A stretch of 64,000 nt of DNA from the NCBI GenBank assembly GCA_045656285.1, contig JAZOQY010000057.1, positions 1,845 to 65,844 of the forward strand, written 5' to 3'. This DNA is from Kiritimatiellia bacterium. Lineage in GTDB: Bacteria > Verrucomicrobiota > Kiritimatiellia > RFP12 > UBA1067. Below, one piece after another: positions 25,804-34,973 of this stretch. Every line of letters starts with the position of its first letter. Within the stretch, counting starts at the first letter, position 1. The notes below the pieces were generated by a model. It made no database searches and had not been told where the DNA came from. It worked only from the letters and a program-made list of their open reading frames with translations. The position numbers and the translations under genes are program-made.

Positions 25804-27255
25804 TCAGGCCTTTCCGGTGAACATCTGGATTATCTTGGTCGCTCCGGCGTGGACGACCAGAACGACACGCGCACCGGCCTGAATCAGGGTCGAACCGTTG
25901 GGAGGCGAAAATTCTCCGCTTTCGGCATTGCGCACCAGAAGAACGATAAACCGGCCGCCCTTCGAAGAAAGCTTAGAAAGGGTCTTCCCGGCGGCGTAGC
26001 TCGAAGCGGACACCTCGCATTCCACGATTTCGAAAGCCCTGTTGCAGACGGCGTGGATCGACTTGACGTTGTCTCCCCTCAGATGGCTGACGATGCAGTC
26101 CACAACCGTATCGCGCATGGGCACAGCCACATCGACGCCGAGCTTGCGCGCGACATCGCCGAACTCGCCCGACAGGGTGAGAGCGATGGTCCTTTTCACC
26201 CCGCGGGACTTCAGATAGGCCGCCATCACGAGATTGCTGTCGTAATTGCCGGAAGCCGCGATCATCAGGTCTGAAGCGTCGAGAGCCTCCTCTCGCAAAA
26301 GATCGGCGTCGGCCATGTCGCCGCACAATACGCGGACGTCGCCGAAGCGCTCCGCCGCCTCGCGGCAGAGCACGGGATCCTTGTCGACAATCGTTATCTC
26401 GCGGGAATTCGCCCGGGAAGACGCGCCGAATATCTTTGAAAAAGTTGAGACCCGGCGCTGGGGCAGCTGGCTGTCGACGACAAGAGTTCCGACCTTGTCG
26501 GCCCCGAAGACGGTAACGGTCTTCAGCACCTCCTCGTCGGAATGCCCCATGAAATGCATAAGCGCAGGGATGTCTGCGAGAGAAACCACGATGCCGATGC
26601 GGTCGCCGGCTTTGGGCACGGTGTTTCCGTCAGGCAGAACCGCGGCCTTGTCAGACTCGACATACGCAATGAGATACCGCCAGCCCGGAAGAGCGGAAAG
26701 TTTGCGGATAGGCATCCCGTCAAAAGGATCGTCTGCGGCGACCGACACCGACACGATGCCGTATCCGCCGCCCAGGTCGATGACGCTTCCGACGGCCCCC
26801 AGCGCCATCGCACGGGAAATCGCCGCCGCCGCCTCGACGTCGGGATTGAGCATGTGGTCAACGCCGAAAAGAGGCCTGCGTTCGCCGCTTGCCGTCGCAT
26901 CGGCGTGACGCTTGGCCGTAGCCGTCGTCCGCATATAGTACGCATAGTTCCGCACACGCGCGATCTTCAGCACATCGGGATAGTCGGCATCCACGAGCGA
27001 ACACACGATCAGGTTCGTCTCGTCGTCCGCCGTAAGCGTAACGAGTGCGTCGGCCGAAGCTATGCCGGCTTCCGAAAGCGTCTCCAGACTGCTGCCGTCG
27101 GATTCGACAACGGTGCAGTCGAGCGTATTTCTTGCGTGCTGGACCTTTTCCGGATCGCGATCGACCAGAACCACATGCACATCCTCCGCGACGAGTGTGC
27201 GCGCAAGCTGCAATCCGGTAAAGCCGGCTCCTACGATAATAACCTTTTTGCTCAT
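25804..27255 (-). CDS. trkA: potassium uptake protein TrkA (two RCK/NAD-binding halves)
   Basis: MSKKVIIVGAGFTGLQLA Rossmann motif and a second half TVFGADKVG. Start chosen at 27255; track ORF extends to 27306. Confidence 0.88.
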   Translation of the reverse strand: MSKKVIIVGAGFTGLQLARTLVAEDVHVVLVDRDPEKVQHARNTLDCTVVESDGSSLETLSEAGIASADALVTLTADDETNLIVCSLVDADYPDVLKIARVRNYAYYMRTTATAKRHADATASGERRPLFGVDHMLNPDVEAAAAISRAMALGAVGSVIDLGGGYGIVSVSVAADDPFDGMPIRKLSALPGWRYLIAYVESDKAAVLPDGNTVPKAGDRIGIVVSLADIPALMHFMGHSDEEVLKTVTVFGADKVGTLVVDSQLPQRRVSTFSKIFGASSRANSREITIVDKDPVLCREAAERFGDVRVLCGDMADADLLREEALDASDLMIAASGNYDSNLVMAAYLKSRGVKRTIALTLSGEFGDVARKLGVDVAVPMRDTVVDCIVSHLRGDNVKSIHAVCNRAFEIVECEVSASSYAAGKTLSKLSSKGGRFIVLLVRNAESGEFSPPNGSTLIQAGARVVLVVHAGATKIIQMFTGKA

Positions 27256-27323
27256 TGACAACATTAAGACGCCAGGTGTTTCATGCTTGGCCCCATGACA
27301 GCCCAAAAACCCGATTTCCGAGT

Positions 27324-27332
27324 ATTATACCA
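27324..27332 (-). promoter_or_regulatory. extended -10 element (TGGTATAAT) upstream of trkA
   Basis: Minus strand reads gaaataTGGTATAATactcgg, 68 nt upstream of the ATG at 27255. Confidence 0.45.
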
Positions 27333-27347
27333 TATTTCGCACTGAGA

Positions 27348-29705
27348 TTACTCGACTGAGGTGCGGCCGAGACGCACAGGACCGAGCAGCCCGGAAGGAA
27401 CCGGTTTGGAATCACCGGTGAAGTAATTCCAGTCGGTAAAGCATCTTCTGCCTTTCGACGGCCGCGAGCGAATCCCGTTCCCAAACCATTCCGGAATGCG
27501 TTTCAGATAGGCGCCGCCCGAAATCGGCGCCGCGGCAAAATCGCAGTCCGCCTCTTCGCGCTCATCACCGATAAGCCTGTTGGCCCAGACGTTCGTAAAC
27601 TCTATCCTCAGCTCATTCTCGCCTTTTTGCAGAGCGCCTTCGGGCAGCCACACCGCGTATGGAGCGCACCACAACGTCGACAGTTCCCTGCCGTTCAAAA
27701 ACACTTTGGCAATCTGGTTGTTGCAGTCTCCAAGATCAAGAATTTCGCCGTCAAAAGCCTCCGGCAGCGTAAACCTTGCCGAATATGCCGCAGTGCCGCT
27801 GAAATACCTGAGCTCTTCATCCTGACTCGCCGTCCAGTCCACCAGCTTGGGCATGGCGACGACCCTGCCGTCGAACGAGAGCTTCCAGTCGCCCTTTATC
27901 TCCTCGGCAGTCAGAGGGTCAAACGAGACGAACCCTTGCCTGAAATCGCTCCTGCGCGAAGACCGTGCCGTCCGCAACGCCTTTCGCATCCTCAGAAAGC
28001 CAGAACCGCACGGATCAAGCACCAAGGGAATCTCGCCGTCAACGGACCGCAGAGGCAGGCAGACGCCGGAAACGGGATCGTACCATTCCGCAACAAGGCC
28101 GCCTTTCGCGAAAACGGCTTTAAGGCTCACGCGCCTCATCGAACGGTTGACGACAAAAAAGCGGTATTCGCCAGACGATTCACGCGCTATCGATTCGACA
28201 GCCGCATCTGAAGGCGACACGGCTCTTAACGTCAGTTCGACATCCGAAGGCTCGCCCCATTGGAGGTTCTGCTGGCAGCGGTTGAGATATTCGAAGAACC
28301 CCCTTCCGCTTTCGGCCCACGTCTGATTCCGGCCGAAATGAGTACCCCATCGCCCCATCGCCTTGCCCGGCAGCACATCATCACCCCACGGCTGGAGAGG
28401 ACACGCATGAAGAACCATCCTGTTGATTCCGCGGAGGAACTGCGCATCGGCGGCGGCCTTGAGCATAAACGGCGTCTCGTTCCATCTGCAGTTCGAGGGA
28501 CTTGCCGTAAACGCCTCCGCTTCGATTACGTTATGGCGTCTTCCGTCGGGTCCGGTCCATGAATTCCAGCCGAGAGGCTTTGCGGGCTCGTGCACTTTCT
28601 TGGGCCTGAACCAGAATTCCGTCATCAGACGGTCCACGTATGCCGCGCACTCTCGCGAATCGAACGGACCCCCGTAGGGCTCGCAAGCGAACTCCAATCC
28701 CGCCGCCTTCAGCTTCTCGCGCATGATCTTGAAAAGAACATCTCGATAAAGCTCGCGTATCGTCAAATCGTAGTCGTCCTTGAACTTCTTCTCCGCGGCC
28801 GCGTCGGCCGCGGCGGCCGTCTTGAAGCCCCCGAGAACCGGCAGGAACGGCAGAGGGTCGTAACCTCTGCGCGCTTTGAATTCCTCTCGCATGTTCGGCG
28901 TCCAGGTCGGACGGCCCGCTTCGTAAGAATCAAGAAGGACAAACTTGAGGGTCTTGCCGACGTGGCGTCCTAGATGCCTTTTCATCTCGCCGATAACGTG
29001 ATCAAGATGGAATTCGACGGCTTCCGGATTCATCTTGTCGCACTCAAGCCCGAAATTCTCCCACTGGTTCGGCTGGGTGAACGATCCCATCGGAATGTGC
29101 TGGATCCTGACGCCGTCGACAACGGCGATGTCGACGATGTCGGTGCGCCGCGCGGTGATGGCAGGCTTTTCGAAGACGCCGGTATCGCCGTTTTCAACGG
29201 GAAACATGGCATTGGCTTCAAGCGAAATCTGCTCCGCGGCATTTGTGACGTTGAAAACAAGTTCCCGCATCGCCAGACGAGAAGGAATCCACGGCCCGCC
29301 GGTTGAAGTGTAGCCCGGACAATTGTGGATCCCAAGTTCGATATTCCTTTTCTCGGCCTCATCGCAGGCGAACCTGACAAGAGCCCACCACTCGGGGCCG
29401 AACGCAAGAATCTTCCCGCCCGGAGGATTGTCGACCTTCGAAGCCCACGGAGTGCAGATGTCGCACATCCCGAAGATCGTGGCGGAGCCGATGCCCGACC
29501 GGGAGAACCAATCCAGATCCTTTACGATTCCGTCCCTCGAAACGTACGAGCCCATCCAGTGCCACCACACGCCCGTCTTGGCGGACGCATTGCATTCGTC
29601 GGCGGATTCGCCGGCACGCTCGCACACGCCGGAGTCCGCGCCGAACCCGTGGAGCGGACTTGCGGCAATCGCAAAAAGACACAGCAGAGACGTCGTTACG
29701 CGCAT
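27348..29705 (-). CDS. secreted glycoside hydrolase, GH106-like / jelly-roll sugar-binding C-terminus
   Basis: Signal peptide, then GVWWHWMGSYVSRDGIVKDLDWFSRSGIG near the N-terminus. C-terminal NGRELSTLWCAPY...NVWANRLIGD resembles GH106-type rhamnosidase-family proteins. Family assignment is from memory only. Confidence 0.55.
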   Translation of the reverse strand: MRVTTSLLCLFAIAASPLHGFGADSGVCERAGESADECNASAKTGVWWHWMGSYVSRDGIVKDLDWFSRSGIGSATIFGMCDICTPWASKVDNPPGGKILAFGPEWWALVRFACDEAEKRNIELGIHNCPGYTSTGGPWIPSRLAMRELVFNVTNAAEQISLEANAMFPVENGDTGVFEKPAITARRTDIVDIAVVDGVRIQHIPMGSFTQPNQWENFGLECDKMNPEAVEFHLDHVIGEMKRHLGRHVGKTLKFVLLDSYEAGRPTWTPNMREEFKARRGYDPLPFLPVLGGFKTAAAADAAAEKKFKDDYDLTIRELYRDVLFKIMREKLKAAGLEFACEPYGGPFDSRECAAYVDRLMTEFWFRPKKVHEPAKPLGWNSWTGPDGRRHNVIEAEAFTASPSNCRWNETPFMLKAAADAQFLRGINRMVLHACPLQPWGDDVLPGKAMGRWGTHFGRNQTWAESGRGFFEYLNRCQQNLQWGEPSDVELTLRAVSPSDAAVESIARESSGEYRFFVVNRSMRRVSLKAVFAKGGLVAEWYDPVSGVCLPLRSVDGEIPLVLDPCGSGFLRMRKALRTARSSRRSDFRQGFVSFDPLTAEEIKGDWKLSFDGRVVAMPKLVDWTASQDEELRYFSGTAAYSARFTLPEAFDGEILDLGDCNNQIAKVFLNGRELSTLWCAPYAVWLPEGALQKGENELRIEFTNVWANRLIGDEREEADCDFAAAPISGGAYLKRIPEWFGNGIRSRPSKGRRCFTDWNYFTGDSKPVPSGLLGPVRLGRTSVE

Positions 29706-29720
29706 CTTGCGGCACCTTGA

Positions 29721-30716
29721 TCAGACCCTCGAGAGACCCAGTCTCTCGTACGCGAGGGAAGTGGCGACACGCCCCTTGGGCGTGCGCTCCAGATATCCTT
29801 CCATTATGAGGAACGGCTCATAGGCCTCCTCAATGGCGTCAGGCTCTTCGCCGACCGAAACGGCGATCGTCGAAAGTCCGACCGGCCCTCCGGAAAACTT
29901 CACGCAGATCGTCTCGAGAATGCGCCTGTCCATATCGTCAAGACCGTTGGGATCTATCTCCAGCAGCCCAAGAGACTCGCGGGCAACGTCGCCGGTTATG
30001 AAGTTGCCGGCGCGGATCTGGGCGTAATCGCGGACGCGTCGCAGCAGATTGTTCGCTATGCGGGGAGTGCCGCGCGAACGGCGCGCAATTTCAAGCGAAC
30101 CCTCGCCGTCGATGTCGACGCCGAGCTTCATCGCGCTGCGCAAGACGATCTCGGCGAGCTTCTCGGGCTCATAATAGTCAAGTCTGTTGATGAGGCCGAA
30201 GCGCGCCCTTAAGGGAGCTGCGATAAGGCCGATGCGGGTGGTGGCGCCGACGAGCGTAAATCTCGGCAGCTCAAGTCTCACGGAACGCGCATTGGGGCCC
30301 TGGTCGATCATGATATCGATGGCGTAATCCTCCATGGCGCTGTAAAGATACTCTTCGACCGTTTTGGCCATGCGGTGTATTTCGTCCACAAACACGATAT
30401 CGCCCGGCTCAAGCGTGGTCAACAGCCCCGCGAGATCGCCGGGCTTGGTTATCACGGGCCCCGAAGTGGTTTTTACGTTAACCCCCATCGCCTCGCCCAG
30501 AATATACGAGAGCGTTGTCTTGCCCAATCCGGGCGGCCCCGAAAAAAGAACGTGATCAAGCGACTCTCCGCGTGCTTTAGCGGCTTCGACAGCCAAAAGA
30601 AGCCTGTCGCGAATCTTATCCTGTCCGACAAAACCGTCAAAATCAGTCGGTCTAAGTTTATTGTCAAACGCCGTATTACGGCGGTTCAACTCATCGCTCT
30701 GTCTTTCTATCTGCAT
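29721..30716 (-). CDS. ruvB: Holliday junction branch migration helicase RuvB
   Basis: 331 aa with [16 protein letters not shown] and the overall RuvB pattern. Confidence 0.95.
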   Translation of the reverse strand: MQIERQSDELNRRNTAFDNKLRPTDFDGFVGQDKIRDRLLLAVEAAKARGESLDHVLFSGPPGLGKTTLSYILGEAMGVNVKTTSGPVITKPGDLAGLLTTLEPGDIVFVDEIHRMAKTVEEYLYSAMEDYAIDIMIDQGPNARSVRLELPRFTLVGATTRIGLIAAPLRARFGLINRLDYYEPEKLAEIVLRSAMKLGVDIDGEGSLEIARRSRGTPRIANNLLRRVRDYAQIRAGNFITGDVARESLGLLEIDPNGLDDMDRRILETICVKFSGGPVGLSTIAVSVGEEPDAIEEAYEPFLIMEGYLERTPKGRVATSLAYERLGLSRV

Positions 30717-30755
30717 CTATTTCTGTAATTTTGCGGATTATTCTACGTATTTTTC

Positions 30756-30764
30756 ATTATACCA
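30756..30764 (-). promoter_or_regulatory. extended -10 element (TGGTATAAT) upstream of ruvB
   Basis: Minus strand reads gtgTTTGGTATAATgaaaaa, 39 nt upstream of the ATG at 30716. Confidence 0.5.
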
Positions 30765-30874
30765 AACACCGCCTCCGCCTGACCAGCGGTTTTTTGTTCT
30801 GCAACCATTGAAAAGGCCCTGGCAATTAACTTTAATGAACTGATGGCCTCAACCGGCAACTGTCCAGGAGAACC

Positions 30875-31348
30875 CTAATCCATTGCCGCGACCGTCATCA
30901 TTCCTATCGCATGCATTGCGGCTGATCTGCGGATATCTTCGCGCGAACCCGCGAAAATAGCCTTTTCGGAGCGTGTTCCGCTCTTGGTCGCGACGGCGAA
31001 CCAGACGAGGCCGACGGGCTTTTCGGCGCTCCCGCCGCCCGGACCTGCGATGCCGGTCACGCTTACGGCGACATCCGCTCCGGTCAAACGCTTTGCGCCC
31101 TCGGCCATTTCCGCCGCGCACTTTTCGGAAACGGCTCCGAAAGTCTCCAGCGTCCCGTCGGAAACGCCCAGAACGCCCGCCTTTACGGAATTGGCGTAAC
31201 TTACGACTCCGCCCAGATACGCTTCGCTCGATCCGGGAACGGCCGTAATGAGAGATCCGATCATCCCTCCCGTGCAGCTCTCCGCCGTCGCGCACGTCCT
31301 GCCGTTCGCCTTCAGAAGTTCAACCAGATTAACAGCCTGTTGAGTCAT
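30875..31348 (-). CDS. pncC: CinA C-terminal domain protein / nicotinamide-nucleotide amidohydrolase PncC
   Basis: 157 aa with the ATAESCTGGMIGSLIT motif. Confidence 0.85.
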   Translation of the reverse strand: MTQQAVNLVELLKANGRTCATAESCTGGMIGSLITAVPGSSEAYLGGVVSYANSVKAGVLGVSDGTLETFGAVSEKCAAEMAEGAKRLTGADVAVSVTGIAGPGGGSAEKPVGLVWFAVATKSGTRSEKAIFAGSREDIRRSAAMHAIGMMTVAAMD

Positions 31349-32082
31349 CGCAAATCCCCCTTCCGGGTTGAAATAAAAATATGTTTCGCCTCGCCTCCGC
31401 CGGCGTTTGCGAGGCCTCGGTCCTCGAGCACTCTTTTCGCCCTGAGCGCAACCGCCCGCGAAGGCTCGATGATTTCGGCGCGGCCGGCTGCGACCTTTTC
31501 AATCAATGGCCTTAAATGCGGAAAGTGCGTACATCCGAGAACAATCTTATCGCAAGACGCCGCAATCAAAGGCTCGATCTTTTTTCGGACGATCCTCTCG
31601 GCCTCCTCGCCCGACGTAAGCCCTCTTTCGACAAGATCGACGAACTCGTCGGCGACGGTCGCGATCACTGTCGCGTTCTTCGCAAACTTCGCCTTCGTTT
31701 CGTTGTAGAGACGCCCGCCGAAGGTTCCCGCCGTGGCAAGAACCCCGACAATGCCCGTCCTGGACTCCGTCGCCGCAGGCTTGATGGCGGGCTCGATCCC
31801 GACAAACGGGACATCCGGATACTTCTCGCGCAGAAACTCCAGCGCCGCGGCGCTCGCCGTGTTGCAGGCCACGACGATCATTTTGCATCCGGCCTCGAGA
31901 AGCCTTCTGGCGTTCGCGTCGGAAAGCGCGATTATCTCCTCTGCGCTTCTGTTCCCGTAAGGGCAGTTGGCGCTGTCGGCGATGTACACGGTCGACTCCG
32001 ACGGACACTCCCTCTTGAAGGCTTCAAGAATGCAAAGCCCGCCAAGACCCGAGTCGAAAAACCCTACCGCGCGCGAACTCAT
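31345..32082 (-). CDS. murI: glutamate racemase
   Basis: VGFFDSGLGGL and GCTHFPHL motifs. Start taken at 32082 (ATGA overlap with the maf stop); track ORF extends to 32097. Confidence 0.9.
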   Translation of the reverse strand: MSSRAVGFFDSGLGGLCILEAFKRECPSESTVYIADSANCPYGNRSAEEIIALSDANARRLLEAGCKMIVVACNTASAAALEFLREKYPDVPFVGIEPAIKPAATESRTGIVGVLATAGTFGGRLYNETKAKFAKNATVIATVADEFVDLVERGLTSGEEAERIVRKKIEPLIAASCDKIVLGCTHFPHLRPLIEKVAAGRAEIIEPSRAVALRAKRVLEDRGLANAGGGEAKHIFISTRKGDLR

Positions 32083-32603
32083 CCGACTATTCCCCACTCC
32101 TTGAGCGGCTCGACGGGAAGCCCCATGATGTTCTCGCAGCTCCCCGAATACGACTCGATGATCAGCTCTCCCGACTCGTCGATATCATACGCGCCCGCAC
32201 GATCGGTCGGCTTGACGCGCTCGACATACCCGTCGATGTCTGCGTCGGTCAGTTCGCGGAAGTTGACCTTGCTTTCGACAACTTCTACTTCGCCGTTGAA
32301 GGCGACGCCCGTAAAGACGGAATGGGTCTTTCCGCTCAACGTGCGCAGAAACTCCTTCGCCTCGTCGAACGAACGCGGCTTTCCGTAGATGCGGCTGTCG
32401 TACCAGACGACCGTATCCGCCGAAAGGACATTCGCGCAGCCGGCGGCGGCGCCTTTTGCAAGCGCGTTTTCGCTGACGGTGCGGCGCGGGTCGGCGTCGT
32501 ACGAAACTTCTGGCGCGTCTGTTTTGACGACCGTAAAATCAACTCCCAACGACTCGAGAATCTTCGCCCTTCGCGGGCTCGCACTGGCAAGGACAATTTT
32601 CAT
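32079..32603 (-). CDS. maf: Maf-like nucleoside triphosphate pyrophosphatase
   Basis: KIVLASASPRRAKILESLG N-terminus. 174 aa. Confidence 0.88.
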   Translation of the reverse strand: MKIVLASASPRRAKILESLGVDFTVVKTDAPEVSYDADPRRTVSENALAKGAAAGCANVLSADTVVWYDSRIYGKPRSFDEAKEFLRTLSGKTHSVFTGVAFNGEVEVVESKVNFRELTDADIDGYVERVKPTDRAGAYDIDESGELIIESYSGSCENIMGLPVEPLKEWGIVG

Positions 32604-33265
32604 TTGAACGGAAAGTATACGTAAACTCGTCTGGTGGAACTTAAGGTCACCTCATCTCCGACGGCTCTGTTGAGCGTCGCGCAATAGAGGTTTTCGAACC
32701 TGACCGCGTCCAGCGGCCACTTGAGCCCCGTCGATGTCATTTTGGTGTCGGGGTCGGTCGCGAAGACAGACACGCCCGCTCCGGGCTTCACCCGGTAGGT
32801 CCCGGTCCCCTCAAGCGCGGAGAACCGCCCGTAGTCCGTAACGACATCGATGCCGAAATCAAGCGCCCTGAAGACGTTGCCGAGACTGTGATCGTCGCGT
32901 TTGCCCGTCGCCCCGAGAATGACCAGATTTCCGATGCCGTTCCCGCGGCAGAATCTCACAGCCTTGGCGAGATCGTTGGTGTCCTGCTCCTCGACCCTGA
33001 CGACGGTCTTGAACCTGCCTTTTACGGAATCGCAGTCTCCGACGACCGCGTAAGGCTCGCGCCCGCAGTTCCGCCTGAACGCGTCGGCAGCGCTGTCGCA
33101 GCAGATGACGCGCTTGGCGGCATCGAGAATGCGTCGCGCCTCACCGCCTTTTTTGGGAAACGCCCCCGCGGCCAAAATGACGTTGCGCAAACCCGTACGG
33201 TCTGTTTCTTGGATGTCGGCTGATCTGCTCAACGATTTATGGTGTTCTGACGGCGACGATTTCAT
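32600..33265 (-). CDS. thiamine pyrophosphokinase
   Basis: VVGDCDSV and EQDTNDLAKAV motifs typical of TPK. 221 aa. Confidence 0.75.
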   Translation of the reverse strand: MKSSPSEHHKSLSRSADIQETDRTGLRNVILAAGAFPKKGGEARRILDAAKRVICCDSAADAFRRNCGREPYAVVGDCDSVKGRFKTVVRVEEQDTNDLAKAVRFCRGNGIGNLVILGATGKRDDHSLGNVFRALDFGIDVVTDYGRFSALEGTGTYRVKPGAGVSVFATDPDTKMTSTGLKWPLDAVRFENLYCATLNRAVGDEVTLSSTRRVYVYFPFK

Positions 33266-33273
33266 TTCGATAA

Positions 33274-33282
33274 ATTATAGCA
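33274..33282 (-). promoter_or_regulatory. extended -10 element (TGCTATAAT) for the TPK-maf-murI-cinA unit
   Basis: Minus strand reads aaagTGCTATAATttatcgaaATG, with 8 nt between the -10 and the ATG at 33265. Confidence 0.5.
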
Positions 33283-33321
33283 CTTTCACGGCGCGTACAA
33301 AAGCGAGACCGGGTGAATTCC

Positions 33322-34020
33322 CTACCAGAACGCCCATGCTCCGGTGTAGAGGACGAACAATGCGAGAAGCAGGTTCGTGACGACATGCGCGACAGCCGCA
33401 GGCAGAAAGCCGAACCGCCTGTACACGAAAAGATAAAACGCTCCCGCCATCAGGGCCGCCACGATACGGTTGTGCTCGAGGGCAAAAAGCCCCGTCGTCC
33501 AGAGAAACGCGGAGAGGTCGAAATTCCTGCGGTCCACCTTGCGCCATTGCTCGCCTTGAAGCCTGCGGTAGAGATACGCGCGGAAGAACAGCTCCTCCGC
33601 CGGCGCAATTATGAAAGCGCTTCCCGCGATGCGCAACACCGTAAGAGACCATCCGCAGACATCGGGATCGTATGCCGAATTCTGCACTTCGCACGGAGAC
33701 GGCACGTCGCCCATGATGCACCACCGGCGGTAAAGCGGCAGATACTCCGGCGCGATCCAAAGTGCGGTCACGGCCACTCCGGCCAGCACGCCCCAGACGA
33801 TTCCGGCCGAACGCGATTCGCCGTCACACCGCGCCGCCGACATGTCCAGCGGCGATTTCCTGGCGAAATGCACCCACGCGGCAAAAAGCGCGACGGCCGA
33901 AGCCAGAGTGCGAAGCGCATACCCTGAAGCGCCGGGCGGAAGAAGGAACATCAGCGCCATCCATGCCGCAAACGGCGCGACTGCGAACAGGGTCGCTTTC
34001 TGGAAGAGACGATCCATCAC
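33322..34020 (-). CDS. CPBP family intramembrane glutamic endopeptidase (CAAX protease-like)
   Basis: Polytopic protein with APAEELFFRAYLY and ALEHN motifs. The start is either GTG at 34020 or ATG at 34017. Confidence 0.8.
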   Translation of the reverse strand: MMDRLFQKATLFAVAPFAAWMALMFLLPPGASGYALRTLASAVALFAAWVHFARKSPLDMSAARCDGESRSAGIVWGVLAGVAVTALWIAPEYLPLYRRWCIMGDVPSPCEVQNSAYDPDVCGWSLTVLRIAGSAFIIAPAEELFFRAYLYRRLQGEQWRKVDRRNFDLSAFLWTTGLFALEHNRIVAALMAGAFYLFVYRRFGFLPAAVAHVVTNLLLALFVLYTGAWAFW

Positions 34021-34973
34021 CGCCCCCCGGAACGCGGATGCGACTTCGCGTATTCATCCTTGAGCCGTTCGACCGAAATATGCGTATATATCTGTGTCGT
34101 CGAAAGGGACGCGTGGCCGAGCATCTCCTGGACGCTGCGCAAATCGGCCCCTGCGTCGAGAAGATGGGTCGCAAAACTGTGGCGGAGCTTATGAGGCGAA
34201 AGATCGGCGGGGAGCCCCGCCTCCTCAAGATACATCTTCATCCGTCTTTCGACGAACCTCGCCGACGCCTTGGCGTATCTGTCGCTTATGAACACATGGG
34301 CATCGTCAAGCGCAAGGGAAGGCCTGACGGCGGAAAGGAGATCCTTCAGTCTGGCAAGCGCGGCGAGAGCTTTTGAGCCGATGATGACCAGTCTGTCTTT
34401 CGAGCCTTTTCCCGTGACGATCAGAGTGCCGCGGGCGCAATCTACATCGCCCCACTTCACGGCTATGGCCTCGCTGATGCGGCAACCGGTGGAATAGAGA
34501 AACTCAAAGACGGCAGAATCCCGCAATGCCGAGAACTCGCTTATCCTGCCCTCCGCCAGCTTCTTCGCAGGCGCCGCCAGAAACCTTTCGATGTCGCCGA
34601 TCGAAAGCACCTTGGGAAGCGTCTTCGCTTTTCTTGGGCCTTTGAGCATCGAAAAGGGATTGCCGGACGCTTCGCCCTCTCTCCTGAGAAAACGGTAGAA
34701 TGTCCTCAACGCCGCGAGCTTTCTGCGCACCGTGGTCGCACCCGCGCCGTTCTTCGTGAGATCCGCAAGAAAACGGCGGGCGTCAGATTCGTCAACATCG
34801 CCCCACGGACGCTGAGCGCCGGAGAGATCGGGCCAGCGAAACGCGGCAAACTGCCTGAGGTCTGACATGTAACCGCTGAGGGTGTGGCCGGAAACGCTGC
34901 GCTCCGCGAGAAGATACGAAGCGAACTTCCCTGAAAGGACGTCTCCCGGAATTATAGAGGCCTCACCCTCCAC
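34017..34973 (-). CDS. xerC: tyrosine recombinase XerC/XerD family
   Basis: RHSFATHLLDAGADLRSVQEMLGHASLSTTQIYTH C-terminal catalytic region. 318 aa. Confidence 0.85.
   Translation of the reverse strand: MEGEASIIPGDVLSGKFASYLLAERSVSGHTLSGYMSDLRQFAAFRWPDLSGAQRPWGDVDESDARRFLADLTKNGAGATTVRRKLAALRTFYRFLRREGEASGNPFSMLKGPRKAKTLPKVLSIGDIERFLAAPAKKLAEGRISEFSALRDSAVFEFLYSTGCRISEAIAVKWGDVDCARGTLIVTGKGSKDRLVIIGSKALAALARLKDLLSAVRPSLALDDAHVFISDRYAKASARFVERRMKMYLEEAGLPADLSPHKLRHSFATHLLDAGADLRSVQEMLGHASLSTTQIYTHISVERLKDEYAKSHPRSGGR

Noticed and set aside
30771-30796. A plus-strand terminator-like hairpin (ACCGC...GCGGT followed by TTTTTT) between cinA and ruvB.
   Set aside because: The stem is only 4-5 bp with a large loop, and no plus-strand gene exists to terminate. 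It may be incidental to the ruvB promoter region.
34017-34973. The tyrosine recombinase as an integrase marking a mobile element.
   Set aside because: The sequence has the canonical XerC/D C-terminal motifs. It overlaps topA and the CPBP gene within a housekeeping operon, and has no flanking repeats, tRNA target or compositional shift.
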